Positions 53,478 through 64,000 of a DNA stretch of 64,000 nucleotides are shown here, piece after piece. The notes under the pieces are model-generated. The model made no database searches. It had not been told where the DNA came from and saw nothing but the letters and a program-made list of their open reading frames with translations. The first letter of the stretch is position 1, and every line of letters begins with the position of its first letter. Where the stretch lies: the NCBI GenBank assembly GCA_021613535.1, contig CP075495.1, positions 2,666,001-2,730,000 of the forward strand, in the 5' to 3' direction. Origin of the DNA: Adineta vaga. Taxonomy: Eukaryota > Animalia > Rotifera. A program made the position numbers and the translations under genes.

Positions 53478-56400
53478 TTATTTGCGTGTTCGTAACGGTT
53501 TTTTGGTTCGAGATTTTTTCTAAAAATCAAAATAAAAGAGATATTTTTAGAGAATAATTTGCATCTTACCTCATCTTCATCTTTATCATCATAGTTCGGA
53601 TTAGCAAAAAGACGTGTACGCAGATTATATTTGCCTTTTGGCGATGGAATTTTCTTAATGACTGATGTACCCAGAGTTGGTGGAGCGGTAGGTGCAGGTG
53701 TTGTGCCATTTGCTTTAAGAATTGTCGGAGGTATACGTTGTACTGGAGTTGATGAACCAAATGCAATGACAGTTGATTTAACTTGTAAAACTCGATTGAT
53801 TCGTGTTGAACTTGTTAAAGCTAAAAGACAAACAATGAGATTTTTGATTGATAATTCAAAATCATACATACTTGGACTTGGTCGAAATAATGATTGAATA
53901 CGTTTGAATGTTGATTGTTTAGGTGTATGACTACTTAGATCAGTTGATGACGCAGCTTGAACTGTCGTTGAATTAACAGCAATCGTAGCAAATGATGCTC
54001 GATCAAGTGAAGTATCACGTTCTATAGTTGCATATGTATGTTGAGGTGATTGTTTATGAATTGGTACAGATGCTGGTTCAATTGTTTGCTTCTTTGTTCG
54101 ACCACGAATAATTGCTGTTTTAGCTTTTGCTTTTACATCTGTTGAAGATTCAACATAAATATTCTGAAAAGAAAAACGAATGGTTATCTAATTGATCATG
54201 ATCAGAATGTTTTTACATTTGATGAATTTTTTTTCGATTGTTTCGTTGGTATTTGAACAGCATTCGTTGTACATGCTGATGATCGATTTCGTGTAACTCG
54301 TTTGGGTTTTTTTTCATTTTCTTGTTCATGAATATTTAATGAATTATTATTTGAACTTGCTGTTGATCGACTACGTGTGACACGTTTAGGTTTTTTAATT
54401 TCTTGTTCATTTTGACTTTCATCGTTTGTTCGTCGTTTTGTTCGTACAATTGGTTGTCCTTGTGTAATATCTATTGTCGAAGTTTTTGTTTGAAGAGAAT
54501 TTAATGTTAATTGTGAATTTGTTTTCACATGTTTATGCATTTCAATTAATTCTAATTGTAAACCATCATATTTAACTTGTAAAGTTTTCAAATCATGTTT
54601 CGTTTTTGTTAGATCATATTGAACTTTTTTCAATTCAGTTTGTTCTGTACGAAATTTATCTTCAAATGAACGAGCTTTCTTTTCAGCATCTTGTTTACGA
54701 TATAATTCAAGACCAAGATCACGTCTTAAACGTTGAATTTCATCATGTAAATGTTGTTCATTTTCATTGATTTGATTCTTATTTTGATCAAGTTGTTCAA
54801 TTGTCTTCGAATGTTCGGTTGTTAAGTCATCAAATTGTTTTTGTAGAATTTTCATTTGTGTTCGTAAATGATCGATTTCATTATGTGAATGAAGACCTTT
54901 TTCTTTTGATTCTTTTTCTAATTTGGATATTTTTTGACGCAAGTGTTTTTCATTAAGAACTAAATCATTATGTAATTGTTGTGTACGAAGATGATTATCT
55001 TGTTCAACACGAATATTTGTTGATAGAGTTTCACATTCTTCAGATAACTAGAAAACAAAAAGAATGAATCATAAGAGAAGAAGAATAGAAAATCGATGTT
55101 TTATTACTGTTTGTTTTTCTTTGATTAATCGATCAATTTGTTCACGTTGATGAAGAAGATATTGAACAGTTTTGATGCGTTCTTGACTAAATTTTAAAGA
55201 AGCATAAATACAAGAGATGAATGTGTTTATCTTACTGAGATTGAAGCATAAAAATTCGACGATTTGACGATTGTTTTTGTAATAAATCTAATGCTTTCTT
55301 TGTACAATATTTCCAATAATTTAGCTAAAAGTTAAATAATTTGAATAGATGAAAAACGAATGAAATAGATAGGAATACCGATTTGAGATTAGTTGGAATA
55401 GAAAATGATGTTCCTTCGATTGATTGTAAAGCAGTTTCTAAAAGACAAAAATTAAGGTTTAAATCTTCGTCATGATCAAAATCTTACCATCGATCTCTTC
55501 GTCTTCATTAATAATTTCTTTCTTATCTTTAATTTTTAAAGGACCATCTTTGACGAGTCGTTTTGGTCCTTTCTGTTTCGATTTTCGTGGTTGTCTTATA
55601 ACACCACTTGCACCAATCTTTGGTTCACTTGGTACAATAATGGTCTAAATAGAAAGAAAAAAAGAAAATAGATCAAAATATAAATCATCACCAAGATCAA
55701 CAAACTTTTTGTGCTAAAGCACAGAATTTCAATAAATCATTTGTTTGACTAACAAATGTTGCACATGGATTAACATTACAACAAATAATTGTTCGTCCAC
55801 GACCAACAAAAAATGGACGAAAGATACTTGTTAAGACACTATTTCGATATGGAACAAGCATTTGCTTTCTACAATAAATTATCATCTAATTTTTTTCCAA
55901 CAAAACAAGCATATTCTTACTTAGCTGTTTGATTTTCATTCAATACTCGAATACAATCTTTAAATGTCATTAAAGAGGTATTTATATTGCACGTTTCAGC
56001 TAGTTGTTTTCCAGTACCAGTTGATGGTTCATTACCAGCCAAATCACAAATATCTAATATCGAAGAAAATCATGTATAAATGAGATAATTCATGTTGTCT
56101 TACACATATGACTCATAGTTGGTTGTTCATCGAATTCATTGATTGTAATCAATGTAATACATAGAACAGCATGTGATCTTGATGATGCTTCATTTAGATT
56201 TGTTTTTGATGTTGCACGATTTGAAAAACCAAATTTAATAATATCTTCTGCTTCTTTAATATCAAATACGGGTATTTGTATAAGATTTTTAATCATCGTC
56301 GATTCATCATTTTGCATCAAACGAAGATTTTTACGTGTTTTCATATCTTTAGGTTTGACAAGTAAATCCAGAATATTTTCATTGTATAATTCGAAAAATG

Positions 56401-57308
56401 ATATCCAAATAGAATAATGTTCATCTATGAAAGAAACCGTTTTGATTCTGATTGTCGCTTTCATATTTTTCTTACCTTCAACAGATAAATCTTGAAAACT
56501 AGTTTGTTGTTGAACAATTTTCGGTAATCGCATTCGACGCTGAAATGAAAAAAGTAAACTATGGTACGAGAGAAATATGATGATGCGTACCGTATCATTT
56601 TTATCATCTTTGAAAATATAATTTCTTGCAGCAATTTCTACATGCAGAGTAGAATCATTTGAAGGTATTAAATTTTCAAGACCATCGGGTTTGAAAAAAA
56701 CATTATTGTCTATGTTTTGACCGACATTTAAGAATATTCGGTGTAAACATTGAGGAATTAAACCAGGCGTTTGAGGTGTACCAAACATTGTATGTGTTTT
56801 GCCTAGAGTTTATTATTTCACTCTTTCGTACGATTATCTTTCAACAAAAAAAAAAGAATATCTTTACCGCTATTTGTTAAACCGAGTGTACAAAGAAGCC
56901 AATTTGAACCGGTAAAAATTTCATTCGTTGGCTGTTCAAGAATTCGTTCAAATAATTCTTGTTGAGTACAACTTTCATCAAATATTCGAGAAACCTATGA
57001 GACAAATCATAATTAAGCAGATGAAGAAAACAAAAGTAGGAATGAGATACTTCATATTCATTATATGATGCTTGAATATTTCGAATAGTATTATTAATTG
57101 TTGGATAGACTTTGACAGCAATATGTTTATCATTGATAATGTCAAGTAGTTTTTGATTTTCACCACGTTCAAGTTCGTCACTAATAAATGGACGAATACG
57201 TACATAAACATTTAATGGAGGAGGATCACGACGTTTAGCCGTTGTTGTTGTTGTTGCTGTTATATCAATAGTTGTTGATGCGATTCCTGTTTCAGTTGTT
57301 GTATCCAT
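53478..57308 (-). CDS. Kinesin-6 family motor (KIF20/MKLP2/subito-like) with coiled-coil stalk and basic tail
   Basis: LNVYVRIRPF, P-loop GLTNSGKTHTM, long loop-6 insert, WISFFELYNENILDLL, NEASSRSHAV, CDLAGNE, NINTSL, VPYRNSVLT, IICCNVNP. Ends ...KPLRTRK* at 53478. Confidence 0.9.
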
Positions 57309-58062
57309 TTCTTCAAAAAAAAACTTATCTGACGAAAACAACCTTGTAGAGACAAATAATTAAACAATTGTAGGTGAAAAAATCACTTTGAAATAGAAGC
57401 GTGATTTATTTAAAAGATACAACTCAAATTTATTTGAAGAGACAAAGATTATACAACGATACATACAGCTTTCATGATTAAGCTAGTTTTATATTGGTTT
57501 ATTTCATTTCGTTGCGAACAAAGGATTGTGCTCTGAATAGATTTTGTTTTATTTCGACAAAATATATAATATATATTGATTTATTGTATGTTAAAATACA
57601 GTTATAAAACGTTTAGTTATAGTTATTAAGTTCTAATTTCGTTTTTTTACAGATGTCGGTAGCATACACACGACTAGAACTTAGTTTTCGTTTAACAATT
57701 ACAGAATTAGTCTGCTAATGATGACACTATTTCAATGAGTTTTCATCAATTCAATCATATGAATTATCGATAGTTGTATATATAATTATCTTGTTTCAAG
57801 TCATCAATAGCTTACCAATGGTTCTTTACCAACGAATAAAAGCTAAATATCAATATATTATTATTTACTTTTTCTTTCTTTATTGAATGAAATATAAATA
57901 CAGCGCTGTATGCCTAATTCTGGAAACGTTTCTTTGTTTCGAATGTAGAGTTCGATTTTGTAGCATTCAACCACGTACAAGAGACTTTCTCTCTTGTACA
58001 ATTCTTGACTGACACACAGCCAACATAGAGACTAGAAAACAAAAGGACAATGGATTCTATTT

Positions 58063-58190
58063 GTTGGAAATTTCCAACTTACACCTTTGTGACGAGTATT
58101 ACAACGCGTAACGTATCATGTGTCATACATACAAATCAGTTAGTAGAATATTTTTATATGCTTGAATTGTGTCAACACTGGAATATTCCA
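58063..58190. promoter_or_regulatory. Two palindromic GGAAWWTTCC (Rel/NF-kB-like or HSE-like) elements
   Basis: Perfect palindromes GTTGGAAATTTCCAAC (58063-58078) and TGGAATATTCCA (58179-58190) lie upstream of TATAAA (58242-58247) and ATG 58284. Confidence 0.5.
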
Positions 58191-58283
58191 TCGTCTTGTT
58201 TTTTTTCTTTTCTTTGACGGTTCTGAATAAATAGCTCACTCTATAAACCATTGCAAACATTCATCTCTTTTTTATCAATTAAA

Positions 58284-58682
58284 ATGAATACAATGAGTAC
58301 CCAGCAGCCACCTATTGTCGGTTGTTGGGTCGATAGGAGTATTGGTGAAGCTGGTGCATATCTTCAATTAAAACAAAAATTTGAAGGTGCGTTAGGTCGT
58401 ATCGTTAAATGGCATTATTTCGATACTGGTGATACATTCAAAAAATTTCTCACTGATAATCCCAATATGAAACTTGTTACTATTATGTCTGGTAATTTCG
58501 CTCGACAATATATTACACCAGTATCTCATATGCCTGCTTTACATAGTGTTTATGTATATTGTGGCGATAAAACAAGATATCAATCAATAAAAAATGATGA
58601 ACCTAAAGTGAAAGGTGTATTCGATATGGAAGATGATCTTCTACAACAAATAAAGGTCGATTTACAAAGAGAATTTCAATAG
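58284..58682 (+). CDS. Stand-alone receiver-like (alpha/beta) domain protein of the type that precedes bdelloid ADP-ribosyltransferase/TPR proteins
   Basis: Intronless 132-aa ORF with the pattern CWVD...YFDTGDTFKKFL...KLVTIMSG.FARQYI......LHSVYVYCGDK..Y......KVKGVF. This matches from memory the IWLD..F.D...C...KVFLIVSG..IDSIYIFC..KVKGVF module. Confidence 0.75.
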   Translation: MNTMSTQQPPIVGCWVDRSIGEAGAYLQLKQKFEGALGRIVKWHYFDTGDTFKKFLTDNPNMKLVTIMSGNFARQYITPVSHMPALHSVYVYCGDKTRYQSIKNDEPKVKGVFDMEDDLLQQIKVDLQREFQ

Positions 58683-58849
58683 ACATTCTAAACTCATTTT
58701 TCTTGTTCCAGACATATGTTTAGAGTTTACTTTTTTTCTCTTTTGTTTGAACAAATATTCTATTAACATTTATATTTGTGACATGTCTCTCTTTAACAAA
58801 TTATGTTTTGAAAGTTGCAATAAAAGTTAAAAAGAAACAATTTCTATTA

Positions 58850-60667
58850 TTAATCATCGACATTTCCTTCGAAAAGAAAACTATTTTTCAATTTAACATT
58901 TGGATTTTCTTCAAGTTCTGCCCAAAATTTTCGTACAGGAAACCAATCTGTATGTTTTGATAATGTTAAAACACCCAAAATTGCAGGATTATGCGAAAGA
59001 GCTAATTTTTCGAGAAAAATTAAATCTACTGTTACATCACTAATAGCTGTTTTATCTGGAATTTGAAAGAGAAATTCTTCGTCAAATATTGGATTTAATG
59101 ATCGTTCAGCAAATTTTGTTCGTTTAATGTCAAAGATATCAAATGGACCTTGAAAAACCACTTCAACACACGTTTCTATATATAAACAAAGGAAAGAAAA
59201 GAACAAGATTTGTTATATGAAAGCATAAACATATACATACCAGGCTCTCGTAATAATTTTTCTGCTTGGGAATGACTAACTCTAACAATATGAATTGTTA
59301 ATTGATGTTTATCAGGCGAATAAGTTGCTTCAATTTCTACTTGCCCAACATTCATTCCACGTGAAAGCTTATATCGAAAAGAAAGATAGTTTATTGACTA
59401 TGTCCTTGTTCATTAACTTACAATTTTATACGGTCGAGAAACTGGGATAATTTCTCGTAAGAAGATTCTTGAAGCACCATGTGGAACATTTTTAACATGT
59501 AAATGTGCCATATCCCAAAATTTTGAACCAATATATTTATTCATTGATAATGATTCAATTCTCATAACAATATAAAGTTCAACTTCTTGTTGAGCAATCC
59601 AATCGGCAGCCCAAAGAACTAATTGTGCTGAATAATTTGTTTTTAGTTCGGAATCATGAACATGTTTTTCTATAACTAATTCATTTTCCATTGGTTTTCG
59701 TACATGAATTTCACAACGTAAACGAAAATCATAGAGATGAAATTTAAAAATAATATCATGTAATAAGATTCGTAAACAACTTTCATTTTCATCACGTTGA
59801 ATTTCTAACATAAGACAAAATTTTAAATAGAGCATATCCGATGGTTTACATGCTTCTTTTTTCAAAAGATCTTTACGATGTTGAACAAGTGCTTCGTCAA
59901 ATTCAACAAAATCATGTGCTTCTTGAAAATCAGTTATTGGATCGATTTTTTCCGATTGACGTAAGAGATTATCAACAGATGTGTGTTCTTCAGATAAATG
60001 TCCTGCTGCAATTGGTAACGTTTCATCAACACTAAGAACTTCACGAAAGGAAACTTTTTGAATCGTATTGGCAGCTGCTGCTAATGCACGTAAACCAAAT
60101 GATGTATCTTCATGACGTTGTCGTTTCGCTTCATTATGATCTTCTTGTGAAACAAGATATTCATCCATTCGACGGATGATTAATTTTGCTCGTTCAAAAT
60201 CTGGTGATGATTCTTGAAGACATTCGTCTAATTGTCTTGGAATAACAAATGGAATATCATTGATACACATAATTTCGTTTTTATCAGTAATTATCTTGTT
60301 ACCAAACACTTTTTCATTCTAATAAATACAAACAAAACGACATTTTTCTTCTAGTATTTTGACATACCAAGAATAAGAGTTTTGTTGGCATCTGTTAACC
60401 ATCATTTCATATAGAAAAATGGTTAATAGACTGTGACATAATTGTATGTACATTGTTCGGTAGATTCTACTCAAAGAAACTCCTATATATATACATATGT
60501 ATTTTACATACTTCTGGTACAGATTTTTGTCTCCATCGTTTGACGACATGTAACCATTGTGTAAGTCGGTATAGAATGGAATTGTTCGTTTTATCTTCAT
60601 CGATATCAATTCGATGAAGATCTGAAAGTTGTGAATGTGATAAATTTTTCTCGACTAATGTATTCAT
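58850..60667 (-). CDS. C2-domain protein (synaptotagmin-like, probably tandem C2, no TM)
   Basis: Exons 60667-60512, 60318-~59430, ~59369-59242 and ~59177-58850. C2 motifs VGQVEIEATYSPDKHQLTIHIVRVSH and KRTKFAERSLNPIFDEEFLFQIP...VDLIF...ILG. Confidence 0.75.
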
Positions 60668-62035
60668 TTTTATTTCGAATGTTTTCTAACATAATAAATC
60701 TTGTTCTATAACGATGATTGTTTCATTCTTTTTCTTTCGTGTAGTTTTATTTGCTCCGAATAGAGCAATGTTACATGTTAGTTTTTACAGAGTTTGTAAG
60801 AGAACAGACGAGACATCGGTCAAATACATCAACGAACAAACGAGTAAATGATTGGTATGAAAAGGAATCAACTCGTATATTTTTTTTCTCTTTTATTTAT
60901 GCAAAACTAGTAAAATAGACGTGCAATTCTTTCGTTGACTGTACATATCAATGGATGCAAAATATCAACAGAGAGAGAAAGAAAAAAAAACGAGAGAAAA
61001 AGAATGTCGAGAGTCTACTAGATTATCGTTACTTTCAATCCAATAGAAAAAAATTGATGTTTGATACACAAATCAATTAGAATGGAAAGCCTAAAGCACT
61101 ATCTGGATATAAAACAATTATTTCAGGCCAGTCTTATTGAATAGAATAGGGATATAGAAAGAATAACTGATGCAGCATCTGTTTGTCATATCTTTTAATA
61201 TTTGAGTAATACGACAAGTAAAACTTTTACTTAGTGATGCATATATCGTTTATCATGCTTCGAGTTCGATTAGTGTGTAGTAGGAGAAGACGAGTACTGT
61301 ATGAGAGATCTCAAGTACTGTTTATTGTCATTGATAAATTTTTCTTAATTCAATCACGTTTTTATTCCATTGAAATGGTATATCTTTCATATGTACTCCT
61401 ACGTCGTTAAGAAAGACCACAAAAATGTCGTAGCATCTGCTTCAACTACTTCTCACACATTAATACCTTGATGCCATTATATATATTAGGTTTTTCTAAT
61501 TCGAATGTGTTCTCCAATTTCGAGTGAAACCGATTAAAAAAATGTCATAAGAACATGAATTGCCTAAATTTGAATTCCAATATGAATGAACATTCAGCTA
61601 TCTGTTATTTCATCGAAAATAAATGACGATGACTTGAGTTAGATCGTTTTTGTGACGTAGGTAAAGTTAGCACCATATTCGAGTATTTTTTGTTAGGATT
61701 CGCCTGTAAACTTGTGCTGGTTTTCGAAAAGGTTGTGTTATTGGATGCAGAATTGAATTCTCTATCGAATGATGTAGTTTTTGAAGAGAGTCACCGAGAG
61801 AAAAAAATCGTCACACCCACACTCTCAAGATGAAAGTGTTGCTGTTGAATATAATCGATTCCTTAGTTCACCACGTCGAGCAATATGACTGAGTTCATAG
61901 GGAATTCTTTTTTGTGGCAAATTCAACTATAGTTATATATTTCGACAAAATCGAATCATTCAACTTACTTAATCAACGATTTGAGTAAACAACGTGTCGC
62001 ATTTCTTATTTAAAAAGAATTCAAATATATATTAA

Positions 62036-62263
62036 TACAGTGCTGGCCAAAAATATAAGACCCTCGAATTCAATGTATTAGTTTTTTGATTATTGAGCGC
62101 TTAGTGACTTTAGATGAAGACAAGTTTTATGTGATCATATTTATTCAAGTATGCTGTATTCAAATACCACATGGAATTTCTTCAGAACTGTTTCCTTGTT
62201 AAGGGAAAAGATAGATTTGTCAAAGAGTATTGATTTTTTCCTGGCTAAAATTATAAAACTCCT
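62036..62263 (+). mobile_element. Tc1/mariner-type transposon end (IR/DR structure), truncated relic
   Basis: TA followed by CAGTGCTGGCCAAAAAT, the same start as the C. elegans Tc1 TIR. An inner direct repeat CTGGCTAAAATTATAAAACTCCT lies at 62241, ~198 bp inside. No partner TIR or transposase was found. Confidence 0.65.
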
Positions 62264-63293
62264 AACATATTTTTGTGATTTATAAGATATAACAACTTCC
62301 ATTTTAATCGAACCATACACAAGTAGACAGAAAGTCTCATTCTGAGTATTTTTATGTAAAAAAGTTTTGAAAATACTCGATAGTTATATGTAGAAGATGA
62401 TTTTCCTGAACAAGCTAAAATAGCTGAAAATCGACATGTGGACTCCTAGTTTTGGTTATATCATTTGAAGTAGATGTAGAATAGGTCTTTTTGTATTTAG
62501 AACAAATACTAGGTATATCTTACTCTAGAATGAAATGTTCCGCTGCCAACTATGTCATCTAGACCTAGAGAAGTGGATGATTCCATGAAACTACACGTAT
62601 ACTTCCAAAACTTTGGAAAATGTCACATAATCTATTTTTTATTTCGTCATTCGAGGAAACATCTTTCATCGCATTCATCACTTTTATTCAAAAGGGTTTG
62701 GTTGGAGACTTGAGGACGCAGAGGGGTATTATCACATTAACGGTGTGGTTGTGGATTCGAATATTTTATTGAGAATATTTAGCTAGTGCCGGTGGAAATA
62801 TGTCTGGATTGGAAAAAACGTCGTTCTAGTAAAGTCGCGGCGTTGGAGCGCGAAATGCCCTCGAAAATTGAGTATTTTATTTGACGTAATTGGTAAAGAT
62901 AATCTGATTTAAAAATTTAATTCAAGTTTCAAGTTTGACACCACTGGTCTATCTATGGTCTTTGGATTATTTAGATGACTGTTGCAGAGCTAATCGAAGA
63001 GACCTCTGTCAGGATTGAATCTGAATCTTGGCATGTTGTATCACGCCCTCACCCTCAGATGTTCGTCTTTATACATATAAAGCTTAAAATAAAATAAAAA
63101 CGTGAAAAGGTACATTTATTTATTTTGAAGAAATTATAATCACTCTGTGGATTTATAAAAACGAAAGAATATTCTAGATTATTTCACGATGACTAGAAGT
63201 TGTCTGTTCTTCGATTGATTCATTTGATGATGTAAAAGATTACAATTGAATATTTATGTTTTATCTCGAACAGGAAAGACATTTAATAATCTT

Positions 63294-63707
63294 TTACCGA
63301 GACAGAAACATCAACATAAGAACACACAATAGCATAGTTGTAAATATCGATGGTGAAAACGAGAGCGCAGATGAAGCGACAGCTGCAGCACCTGTTGCAG
63401 CACTTGCAGCCGCCGCACTAGCTGCCGCTGCTGATCCAGCCATCATCCCTCCACCAATTGTACCGCCACCAACAATCGAAGGACCCAATGCCGCTGCGGC
63501 TGCAGCACATGGAGGACAAACCATTATAGCAAAAGCACCAATCATAACTGTAGGAACCGCTACCAACACGACTGGTGTCAACAATGCGGTCGTAGCTAAC
63601 GAGACCAGTGCGACGCTCTCAGCTGCAACGACTGCACCACCCGAGCAACTAGGAATCACCAAGCACAAAATGAAAGTAAAAATTAATGCAGATCGAAGTG
63701 AGTCCAT
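63294..63707 (-). CDS. Secreted, extremely hydrophobic Ala/Gly-rich small protein with CPPC motif and GPI-like tail
   Basis: 137-aa intronless ORF with a signal peptide (MDSLRSALIFTFILCLVIPSCSG) and a hydrophobic C-terminal tail. TATAAATA lies 57 bp upstream. Confidence 0.75.
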   Translation of the reverse strand: MDSLRSALIFTFILCLVIPSCSGGAVVAAESVALVSLATTALLTPVVLVAVPTVMIGAFAIMVCPPCAAAAAALGPSIVGGGTIGGGMMAGSAAAASAAAASAATGAAAVASSALSFSPSIFTTMLLCVLMLMFLSR

Positions 63708-63763
63708 TGAATCCTAATTGTCAAAAGTTACCGTGAAGTGTCGTCCCATCTGAACTTCGACGC

Positions 63764-63771
63764 TATTTATA
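63764..63771 (-). promoter_or_regulatory. TATA box of the Ala/Gly-rich gene
   Basis: The minus strand reads CGCATATAAATAGCG, flanked by GC-rich sequence. Confidence 0.6.
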
Positions 63772-64000
63772 TGCGTCACTCGCAAAACCAATTGTAAAAA
63801 ACCGTTTTGAGTACTAAGAAGAATTTACCATTATTAAACCATTTTTCCAAAATGGGTGGTTACTCGAAATTTTCATTTAAATGTTATCTTTTCTTATCAG
63901 ACAGGTATTGCAAGTTTTTTGTCTGTGTAGACGTGAGTGTGTGGAGTCAGTTTCGACATTACTTAAAAATCTTCAAGGTGAGTTTCGAAAGGATCGTTTG

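Noticed and set aside
57387-57438. CHR-like TTTGAA hexamers upstream of kinesin-6
   Set aside because: Biologically plausible, but the hexamer is too common in AT-rich DNA to support.
63256-63717. 153-aa plus-strand ORF
   Set aside because: It is the antisense shadow of the minus-strand gene, which has the signal peptide and TATA box.
1-64000. tRNA, rRNA, CRISPR arrays, intact transposase or RT genes
   Set aside because: No cloverleaf, repeat-spacer array, or DDE/RT motifs were found by eye.

Overview
AT-rich, gene-dense eukaryotic (metazoan) DNA with many short GT-AG introns of about 45-70 nt. Intron size, composition and one lineage-typical domain suggest a bdelloid rotifer (inference). 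By hand-splicing I support about 17 protein-coding genes. In order: PTC7-type PP2C phosphatase, with an antisense gene nested in its intron 4; DED-like prodomain caspase (QACRS); secreted mucin-like protein with 10 chitin-binding (ChtBD2) domains; Pro-rich orphan; head-to-head ciliary pair CIMIP2C/FAM166C and a CFAP97-domain gene; Tiam/still-life RacGEF; spen (with an apparent 1-nt frameshift); GCC2 golgin; ALG3; a small RING protein ending in a CaaX motif; a divergent K50 homeobox gene whose homeodomain is absent from the ORF track; a Ser-rich orphan; a kinesin-6; a stand-alone receiver-like domain gene with palindromic Rel/HSE-like sites upstream; a C2-domain protein; and an almost uncharged secreted Ala/Gly protein. 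A Tc1-type IR/DR transposon end is also present. No tRNA, rRNA or CRISPR was seen. Family calls rest on recalled motifs, not database searches. Exon coordinates were counted by hand and may be off by a few bases.
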